Assembly (NCBI GenBank): GCA_001873215.1 | Contig: MNYS01000006.1 | Location: 1,767 to 54,838, forward strand | Origin: Candidatus Levybacteria bacterium CG2_30_37_29 | Lineage (GTDB): Bacteria; Patescibacteriota; Microgenomatia; Levybacterales; GWA1-39-11 | Direction: 5' to 3' | Length of the DNA stretch: 53,072 nt | Shown here: piece after piece, positions 42,801-49,451 of the stretch | Numbering within the stretch: position 1 is the stretch's first letter | How the letters are laid out: each line of letters opens with the position of its first letter | Notes under the pieces: generated by a model | Database searches by the model: none | What the model was told of the DNA's origin: nothing | Seen by the model: only the letters and a program-made list of their open reading frames with translations | Translations under genes and position numbers: made by a program

Positions 42801-43584
42801 CGCATCAGTTTCAGGAGTAACAGCATTTGCAGGTTTGGTAGTAGATAACTCAGGATCAGGAGACATTTTCACAGCTTCCTCTTCAGGTCTCAACCGTTTT
42901 GTCATTACAAATCAAGGAAATGTGGGTATTGGAAAAGTAAATCCCGGAGTAACTCTAGACGTAGTTGGCGCAGGACAATTTTCAACTTCTGTTACGTCTC
43001 CTACTTATACCGGAACAGATGCAGTTACTCTTTCTTCCGGCGGGACATCAGGATTGACTTTTGATAGTGCATCCGGAGATATTACAGTTTCCGCCAATGA
43101 CGGCCTAACTTTTGCAGCTACCACCGCTGGCAATAACGGCTCGGTAAACTTAACCATTAATGCGGGTTCAACCGGGACTACAGCAACGTTACTTATAAAA
43201 CTGGATACATCAGGAACCGTAGTAACCACCAATACTACGACACTTAATGAAGCAGTAGGTGTCGCCTTGGATACAAAATCAAGCGGTCAGGCAGTACGAG
43301 TTGCAACCCAAGGTGTTGTAACCGTAACTGCAGATAATACAGTAGCAGCAGGAGACTATATAGGAGTAGGAACAACAACTGCAGGACGGGCAAAAAGTTT
43401 GGGAACAACATATCCAACCACAACAGGCGTCCAGGTTATCGGACGCGCTTTAAGCGGAGCATCCGCAGGAAGCACATTTTTACTTATGCTAAATGGTTTG
43501 GATAATAATGCAGGCGGAGGCGGAGGAGGAGCAAATGAGGCTCAAGTTATATTTTTCTCAAATGCAGAGGCGGTAGCTTTTTAA
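39877..43584 (+). CDS. Giant secreted fibre-like protein (1235 aa) with tail-fibre-type G-N-V-G-I-G-T repeats
   Basis: It has a signal/anchor segment and the N-terminal FQGKIVNSDG...IWTE...GIFRVQLG...EMTPRVQFTSVPYAFNAE module. Repeated motifs include GNIGIGTSTPTTNLDISG, GNVGIGTSLPGAPLEIY and GRLGVGNTAPTVNLDVG. There is an internal duplication (LAVASVSGATSFASLVVDNTGLGDIFTAS vs LPVASVSGVTAFAGLVVDNSGSGDIFTAS). Confidence 0.7.
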   Translation: MRRMRKLPISLRYIYTTIIIIVLALAWTAVPQKTSAAQGIPDLINFQGKIVNSDGTNVADGNYNITFKIWDAATDGSTIWTETRTGGNQVEVSGGIFRVQLGSVQALPGSVDFNTDNLYLGIAFNGDSEMTPRVQFTSVPYAFNAEKVNGLTVTNTSDLPFSTTTTLKIADGKTVAVNAGLTFSGTDSTTFTFPASGGNIVTEDFTQSLTNKTIGSTGLTFSGAPTDIATVTNEDFSIVPNGTGKVNINTTSGLASFDVRANSEVGGTLAVASVSGATSFASLVVDNTGLGDIFTASTGGVPKFTINNSGSIKFSNYTLNGGVFYADTTGNLLQTAVGDGGQCLQSVGGGAPTWGSCGGAPAGGGSNWTLSTVNGTLSPNNNTLDFLWGGISTDSAKFAILGIADTGATNNPSASVSAITGNNAGNGVALFGNGSIQSLRNNTLTLGGATTGDIAFKPGNVSAPSLTLASNGFVGIGTTSPAQKLNLYDTTAINSGTKSTQRIFTTFTPSSTNYTSSIEGLNIYTELNSSTAVDSTDGSAYIRGFFSEAPNFSSKTINATYGGTSASGIGGGASGGITNAYGWHGYVYQNGTGTITNAFPFFSEIRSTGNGTIDTGVNFYADVSNSLGTINTVIGFKNNDASSLVGNQYGILAYGKSRFGDTSYPTAMVEVAGDLNVVGRRTGKALVVFDETGDQAILTASAAGVTKFILTNTGNIGIGTSTPTTNLDISGSASVSANLGLYGAGDAHTFNIFDNGSLNIQRSAGGDAGLATALFVQNNGNVGIGTSLPGAPLEIYKNGSGSDNTGGGIILARYDGSGVNYRGGAIYSRYISAVSADAMVFGVTLVDGKNPYSDFDQARMALLYDGRLGVGNTAPTVNLDVGPITLGASEVVQIRVGDFLMQSQQGAANGITALTTRGSNGNLTLDGAAGSGFYTSPFSTNNNFLVSGGGKVIVGSTADPTATFDIRATSGTLPVASVSGVTAFAGLVVDNSGSGDIFTASSSGLNRFVITNQGNVGIGKVNPGVTLDVVGAGQFSTSVTSPTYTGTDAVTLSSGGTSGLTFDSASGDITVSANDGLTFAATTAGNNGSVNLTINAGSTGTTATLLIKLDTSGTVVTTNTTTLNEAVGVALDTKSSGQAVRVATQGVVTVTADNTVAAGDYIGVGTTTAGRAKSLGTTYPTTTGVQVIGRALSGASAGSTFLLMLNGLDNNAGGGGGGANEAQVIFFSNAEAVAF

Positions 43585-43587
43585 ATT

Positions 43588-46500
43588 ATGCATATTTTAA
43601 ATAAAAAATTAAATCTAAAATCTAAAATCTTAAAAAAAGGATTAGGATGGAGTAAAAAATCCTTAGCAATAGTACTCATTCTTTTGCTTCAGGCGTCATA
43701 TTTCTATTTGCCGCTTTCCCGGTATTTTAATCAAAAATCCCCAATCCCGAAGGTTGAAGCTGCGAATGCCAATGGTATGGTGGTATATCCGGTAACCGGA
43801 AGTAATATTCCAAGATACAGAGCATGGGACGGCAGTGCTTTTGGTACGGAAAATAATGCTGCGGCTGCTGTCTCGGTTATCCAATATTCTGTCCTCCAAG
43901 AGTCGCCAACCAGAAGCGAGCATATACTGGGAACACTGGCAAATACCGGCGTAATTACTTTTCAAGTGGAAAACGGATCTTGGGGAAACGAAGTCAGCAG
44001 CACTCCTGGCGTTGGTACTACAAACGATGCATACCGGGGTTTTGATGTTGCATACGAGCAGCTAAGCGGTGACGGACTTGTTGTTTACGAGGATAATTCA
44101 TCTGCAAACACAGATATTAAATACAATACATGGAACGGATCTGCTTGGGGCGGAGAACAATCTTTAACAGTAAACAGCGCAAATGTGCTTTGGGTAAGAA
44201 TGGAAACTAAGCCTCTTACTAACGAAATAATGCTTGTAACACTTGATAGCAATTCTGGTATTTATGCTTATGTATGGGATGGAACCCAATGGGGTAGCGG
44301 ACAGTTACTTACAGATGCGGCTTCCTTTACAACCTCTCCAATACTTGATGTTGCTTATGAAAACACTTCCGGAGACGCTATGGTAGCTTATGGAACCGGA
44401 ACTACCTGGGATTACTGGACATACGTTGGAACTACATGGACAGATGGTACAAATGGTTCAACTTGCGCAGGAGACGGAACAACAAATGCCTGCGCTAATG
44501 TAGAAGGTACAGTCGTAAATCTTAACTTATCGGGAAGCAGTGAAAATAACTCTATTGCAGTTGCAATTGAAGAAACTACGGGAGACGACTTTATTGCGCA
44601 AGTGTGGGATGGAACCCAGTGGCTCGCTATGCCTCAAGCCGTAACGCTGTGGGATGAGGCTGGTGCTGTTGAAAATGCAGCCTCTGAGATGGCGCAAAAT
44701 GTGGTTTATGAAGCAGCCGGAAACCGCTTTATGTTTTTGTATGCACTAAATGGTACATTTGCCGCTACTTATTTCTTCTATGACTTAGACGATTCCACTT
44801 GGTATAACGGAGACGGAACTACCTCAATTACCGATATAGACAGTGTTAATACAACTACCGGTAATATTACCACCGATGATTTGGCATGGATAAACGTTAA
44901 GGCAAATCCCGATGATGCTTCTCAAATAATGCTAACCGCAAACGATATTGATAAAGTAAGCAGGTCCAGATTATGGGACGGTTCTTCTTGGTCGACTCCA
45001 ACAAACGGCGACCATGGAATAAATACCAGCTCCTTGATTGGAGGACAAGCTTATTTTGCCTGGGACAGGACATTAAATGTTACAACAGTAGGTACTAGCG
45101 GAAGCCAAAATTCCACTCTTGCAATTACCGCTACAGATAAGCATGTGGGTGGAGCATTTACACTTATAAACAGCTTGTCTTCGGCAAATGTTACTTCTAT
45201 TAAAATAAGCGAGAAAGGAAACGTTAACGCAAACAGCAATTTAACCAATGTAAAGCTTTTATATAAACAGGAAGCAACTTGCTCTTCAACAGTTCCGGCA
45301 GGCACTACTCAATTTGGTACAACAGGTACTTTTAACGCGTCTGACGAATCCACATTTACAGGCACAATGAGCGTTGGAACATCGCAAATATGCGTATATG
45401 TAACTTTAGATATTGGATCGGGCGCAAGCGCCGGCCAAACTGTAGAAATAGAAATAACCGCTCCTCAAAGCGATGTAACATCTGCTGCAAACGCAATTGC
45501 GCCGTCTACTGCGCTTGCTATTTCCGGAACTTCTACCCTTGAAGCAGCCGCACTAACTGTTGCAGCTTCCGGAACTCAAAAAACCGAAATGGGAATTCCA
45601 TCAGATGATAACTTTATCGGAGCCTCATTTACATTTGTTAGAAATGTAGGATCAACCAATGTTACTTCTATTAAATTTACGGAAACAAACACAGTTGATG
45701 CAGACGTTGAGCTTTCAAACGTAGACGTTTATTATAAAGAAGAAGCAAGCTGTTCGGAAACAGTCCCAGGAGATGCTACTCTTTTTAATGTGAGCACCGG
45801 AAGCTTTGTGGCAGCTGACACGGTTACCGTTACGGGTACTATGCCGGTTGATACCGATCAGACGTGCGTTTATTTTACTCTTAATGTTACAAGCGCAGCA
45901 GACGATGCCGATTTATTTGATATAGAAATTACAAATCCTTCAACCGATGTTGCCGTTTCATCAAATACCGTTACGCCGGCAACCGTAATAGCCTTAAGCG
46001 GATCTACTCCCCTTGTAGCGCCCAGTTATGTATCTTACGGATCACCTTTCCTTTATACACAGGCAAACTGGAATTCAGGGTCTGGGTCAAGTTTTACATT
46101 TGAAGTCTATTGGAAGAAAACTATTGGCAACGTTTTTGCAAGAGTATGGGATGAAACATCAAGCGCCGAAGTAACAGGATCAGTAGTTTATATTTCCGAT
46201 TCAACTTTTGTAAGAACCCGAACAGGCGATTTGACCCTAACTGATGGACATATTTATAGAGCGCAACTTGGCCACGTTACAGGAGCAAGCGGGGAAGTTT
46301 ATAGCGCAAAACTTCTTTCAGACGGTTCAGGCGGAGGCGCTGATTTGGCAGAGTATTATCATTCTAATGAGCCTTTGCAGCTGGGCGAGGTTGTTTCAAT
46401 TGATTCCTCTAAAGTCGCATTTGTAAAAGGGTCAAGTAAGCCGTATCAAGGGGATGTTTTAGGAGCAGTCTCAACTCAACCCGGAATTATACTGGGTGCA

Positions 46501-48054
46501 AACATAGGACAGTCCTATCCGGTTGCCTTGTCCGGAAGAGTTCCGGTTAAAGTAACTACCGAAAACGGAGAAATAAAGGTTGGAGATTTTGTAACATCTT
46601 CTTCTACCAAAGGCTTCGGAATGAAAGCAACAAGCGCAGGTAGAGTTTTAGGACAGGCTTTGGAATCATTTGATTCTGTAACTACATATGTATGCCCTGC
46701 GGGAACCAAAGAAAATATAAAGTGCGCATCAGTAATGGTTTTTGTAAACCTGACCAATTATTTTGGACAGTCAATTGATATAGCTATGGTACAAAGTCCA
46801 AGCGCCAACCTGAAAGTTTCAGGCCTTAATATTGCACCCAATTCTCAAACTTCAACGCAAGGTCTAACAAGCGCAGATTCAGATATATTTATACCATCGG
46901 CCCAAGCGCCGGATAAAGAGTCACAAATATTAGCATTTCTTGAAAAATCCCAACAGCAAGCAAGCGTATCTGCCCAGCTTTCTGAAATTTTCACGGGAAG
47001 AGTGAGTGCAACAAGTGCCGTAGTTGCGCCTTTAATTGTGACGGATACCTTGTATGCTAAAAAAATTAAAGCTGATTCGATAGAAGGTTTGGAGTTTCTT
47101 ATTAATAATGGAATTAAAAACTTCGGAGCAACCGATTCGGCAAATCTTGTAAGTTCCGAATCTGCCCAGACAAAACTTACGGGGAAAGTTGCGGCGGGCG
47201 ACATTGAAGGACTTCCTGATTTAATCGCAAGTCTTATTCAGCGCGATGTCAAGGGAATTGCGACTTCAAGCGGTCAGACAACGGTTGTTCCCGACGGACT
47301 TATTGCTCTTGGTCCGACAACTTTTGGCGAGGCAAGCATTCTTGACAGACTTACTGTAGGGACAGGATTTATTCTGGAACACAATTCTGTCAATGTACTT
47401 GGTACTGATTTTGAAATACAATCGCTTCGCCAGGGCGGCGTATCATTCCTCGGGGGACTTGTTAGTATTTCAACAGACGGCGTATTCAAAGTCGCAGGAC
47501 AGTCTGTTTTTGAAGGAGATACGGTATTTAAAAACATTACGATTTTCTTTGCAAAGGCGATATTTAAGAGTGACGTTGAATTTGAGAAGCCGCCTGTTTT
47601 TGCGCGAGACACTGCAGGAACAGTTGTTGTCAAAAAAAGTGAAGACAGGGCTGAAGTAAAATTTGATACAGAATATCCAAATGTGCCAAGAGTTAATACA
47701 ACTCTTGAAATTGCAGAAGTAAAATTGCTTGATGGAACCGCCGAGGAAAGCCTTGTTACGGAGCAGAGAATTTTGCAAGCGGGATATAGTTATGTGGTTT
47801 CCAAAAAGAACGTTGGGGGATTTGCGATTGTTTTGAATAAGAAAGCCGCAGAAGACCTTACATTTTCATGGACGGCGATTGGTGCAAAAGAATCTTTGCA
47901 AACAAACGGTTCAACAAGTATTTCGGCGACAAGTCCTACGGGTTCGGCAAGCTCACCGCAAGCTCCAACGCCTACGATTTCTGAAACGATTTTGTTACCA
48001 GGGTTGCAGATGGTGGGAGAGATAGCGGGCGTGGCGACGGAAAGCGCACAGTAA
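43588..48054 (+). CDS. Giant membrane-anchored surface protein (1488 aa): WDGxxW beta-propeller-like repeats, two ~150-aa tandem domains and a DLAEYY...-type C-terminal module
   Basis: Starts 4 nt after the previous stop. It has an N-terminal TM and five W(D/N)G(S/T)xW repeats (YRAWDGSAFG, YNTWNGSAWG, YVWDGTQWG, QVWDGTQWL, RLWDGSSWS). The tandem domains share NVTSIK..E...V.A...L.NV.. ..Y.E.A.CS.TVP. Confidence 0.7.
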   Translation: MHILNKKLNLKSKILKKGLGWSKKSLAIVLILLLQASYFYLPLSRYFNQKSPIPKVEAANANGMVVYPVTGSNIPRYRAWDGSAFGTENNAAAAVSVIQYSVLQESPTRSEHILGTLANTGVITFQVENGSWGNEVSSTPGVGTTNDAYRGFDVAYEQLSGDGLVVYEDNSSANTDIKYNTWNGSAWGGEQSLTVNSANVLWVRMETKPLTNEIMLVTLDSNSGIYAYVWDGTQWGSGQLLTDAASFTTSPILDVAYENTSGDAMVAYGTGTTWDYWTYVGTTWTDGTNGSTCAGDGTTNACANVEGTVVNLNLSGSSENNSIAVAIEETTGDDFIAQVWDGTQWLAMPQAVTLWDEAGAVENAASEMAQNVVYEAAGNRFMFLYALNGTFAATYFFYDLDDSTWYNGDGTTSITDIDSVNTTTGNITTDDLAWINVKANPDDASQIMLTANDIDKVSRSRLWDGSSWSTPTNGDHGINTSSLIGGQAYFAWDRTLNVTTVGTSGSQNSTLAITATDKHVGGAFTLINSLSSANVTSIKISEKGNVNANSNLTNVKLLYKQEATCSSTVPAGTTQFGTTGTFNASDESTFTGTMSVGTSQICVYVTLDIGSGASAGQTVEIEITAPQSDVTSAANAIAPSTALAISGTSTLEAAALTVAASGTQKTEMGIPSDDNFIGASFTFVRNVGSTNVTSIKFTETNTVDADVELSNVDVYYKEEASCSETVPGDATLFNVSTGSFVAADTVTVTGTMPVDTDQTCVYFTLNVTSAADDADLFDIEITNPSTDVAVSSNTVTPATVIALSGSTPLVAPSYVSYGSPFLYTQANWNSGSGSSFTFEVYWKKTIGNVFARVWDETSSAEVTGSVVYISDSTFVRTRTGDLTLTDGHIYRAQLGHVTGASGEVYSAKLLSDGSGGGADLAEYYHSNEPLQLGEVVSIDSSKVAFVKGSSKPYQGDVLGAVSTQPGIILGANIGQSYPVALSGRVPVKVTTENGEIKVGDFVTSSSTKGFGMKATSAGRVLGQALESFDSVTTYVCPAGTKENIKCASVMVFVNLTNYFGQSIDIAMVQSPSANLKVSGLNIAPNSQTSTQGLTSADSDIFIPSAQAPDKESQILAFLEKSQQQASVSAQLSEIFTGRVSATSAVVAPLIVTDTLYAKKIKADSIEGLEFLINNGIKNFGATDSANLVSSESAQTKLTGKVAAGDIEGLPDLIASLIQRDVKGIATSSGQTTVVPDGLIALGPTTFGEASILDRLTVGTGFILEHNSVNVLGTDFEIQSLRQGGVSFLGGLVSISTDGVFKVAGQSVFEGDTVFKNITIFFAKAIFKSDVEFEKPPVFARDTAGTVVVKKSEDRAEVKFDTEYPNVPRVNTTLEIAEVKLLDGTAEESLVTEQRILQAGYSYVVSKKNVGGFAIVLNKKAAEDLTFSWTAIGAKESLQTNGSTSISATSPTGSASSPQAPTPTISETILLPGLQMVGEIAGVATESAQ

Positions 48055-48110
48055 GTTTAATTTTAAATTTTCAATTTTAAATTTTAAATCAAATCAAAAT
48101 ACAAATCAAA

Positions 48111-48470
48111 ATGACAAGCAATAATAAAACATATGATCTTGAGGAAAGAACTGCAAAGTTTGGAGAGGCAATAATTGACGTTTGTAAAAAAGTATCAAAA
48201 GATACGGTTTCAGCTCCAATTATTACCCAGTTGGTAAAAGCAGGGACGAGCATCGGAGCAAATTATTATGAAGCAAATGGTGCTTCAAGTAAAAAAGATT
48301 TTCTGAACAAGATATTTATTGCAAAAAAAGAAGCAAGAGAAACAAAATATTGGTTACGAATGGTTGTAAAATTGCAGACAGATTTGAGGGATTCGTGTTC
48401 GGTGCTCTGGAAGGAAGCACAAGAACTGACGCTTATTTTTTCAAAAATAGCCATTACGACAAAAAAATGA
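48111..48470 (+). CDS. Four-helix-bundle protein (23S rRNA IVS protein / Avd-like family), divergent
   Basis: Motif YDLEERTAKFGEAIIDVCKKV...IITQLVKAGTSIGANYYEANGASSKKDFLNKIFIAKKEARETKYWLRM. Confidence 0.75.
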   Translation: MTSNNKTYDLEERTAKFGEAIIDVCKKVSKDTVSAPIITQLVKAGTSIGANYYEANGASSKKDFLNKIFIAKKEARETKYWLRMVVKLQTDLRDSCSVLWKEAQELTLIFSKIAITTKK

Positions 48471-48669
48471 AATTTAATATTTATTATTCATTTAAAATTG
48501 TAAATTTAAAATTTAAAATTTATAAGCGGATGTCTATGCACAATTTAATTAAAAAAGTTGTGTTGAGGTGGAAGGCTTTTTTTAAGCGCTTCCCGATAGC
48601 ACAACTTTATACATACAAAATTTAGAAGGACGAGGTTAATTTTTTCTTCTCTTGACACTTGACGACACT

Positions 48670-48688
48670 TGACGATCCCGTATCGTTA
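48670..48688. repeat. REP-like hairpin (TGACGATCCCGTATCGTTA) 15 nt upstream of the RAYT start
   Basis: Read directly from the sequence. It is preceded by the CTTGACACTTGACGACACTTGAC word repeats. Confidence 0.85.
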
Positions 48689-48703
48689 TGAGATGCTGTA
48701 ATT

Positions 48704-49375
48704 ATGAGAAAAGTGTCGCTTACAACAAACAATATTTACCATATATTTAATAGAGGAGTGAATAAGGCCCCAGTTTTTTTCGGCGATGACGATCGCCGTC
48801 AATTCATAAAGAGTATCGTTCATTATTTAAGTCACTCAGGTAAATTAAGCTACCGCTCCAATGCACCCAGCGAATCTAACGAAGCTAACGATCCCGTATC
48901 GTTAGCTTCAGGAGAAGTTGATATAATTTTCCCTAAGGTGGAGATACTTGCATACTGTCTCATGCCAAACCATTTTCATCTATTGCTTAAGCAGAAAGAA
49001 GAAGGTGGAATTACGTGGTTTATGCGTCGCGCAATGAACAGTTATGTACACTTTATAAACGTAAAACATAAAAGGGTAGGTCCGTTATTTCAGGGAAGGT
49101 TTAAAAGCGTGCATATTGAAACAGATGAACAATTAATTCATCTTTCCCGATACATCCATTTAAATCCGGTAGTTGGTAATCTAGTAAAAAACATAAATGA
49201 TTATCCCTGGAGTTCGTTTCAGGAGTATTTTCAGCTTGATAAAAAGAGGATTGTTAATGCAGATGCTGTTCTTAATCAGTTTGCTGACAAGAAGGCTTAT
49301 GAACAGTTTGTGATTGATCATATTGATTACGCAAAGATGCTTGATGCGATAAAGCATTTAACCTTCGAGGACTAA
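48704..49375 (+). mobile_element. REP-associated tyrosine transposase (RAYT; IS200/IS605-like Y1 HUH family) gene
   Basis: The HUH motif is LMPNHFHLLLK and the catalytic-Tyr region is LSRYIHLNPVVGNLV followed by DYPWSSFQEY. The same REP hairpin lies on both sides. Confidence 0.8.
48883..48907. repeat. REP hairpin with a 10-bp stem (AGCTAACGAT-CCCGT-ATCGTTAGCT) inside the RAYT reading frame
   Basis: It encodes EANDPVSLA within SESNEANDPVSLASGE, and the frame is maintained. Confidence 0.85.
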
Positions 49376-49390
49376 ACTGGTAAATGAATT

Positions 49391-49409
49391 TAACGATCCC
49401 GTATCGTTA
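49391..49409. repeat. REP-like hairpin 15 nt downstream of the RAYT stop
   Basis: Exact TAACGATCCCGTATCGTTA. Confidence 0.85.
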
Positions 49410-49451
49410 GATTCAGATTCACTAGATTCGTTGCTGTTTAAATAATATATT

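Noticed and set aside
48111-48470. Diversity-generating retroelement, suggested by Avd-like four-helix-bundle genes next to giant surface proteins
   Set aside because: There is no reverse-transcriptase ORF anywhere in the window. I could not find a template/variable repeat pair with adenine-specific differences.
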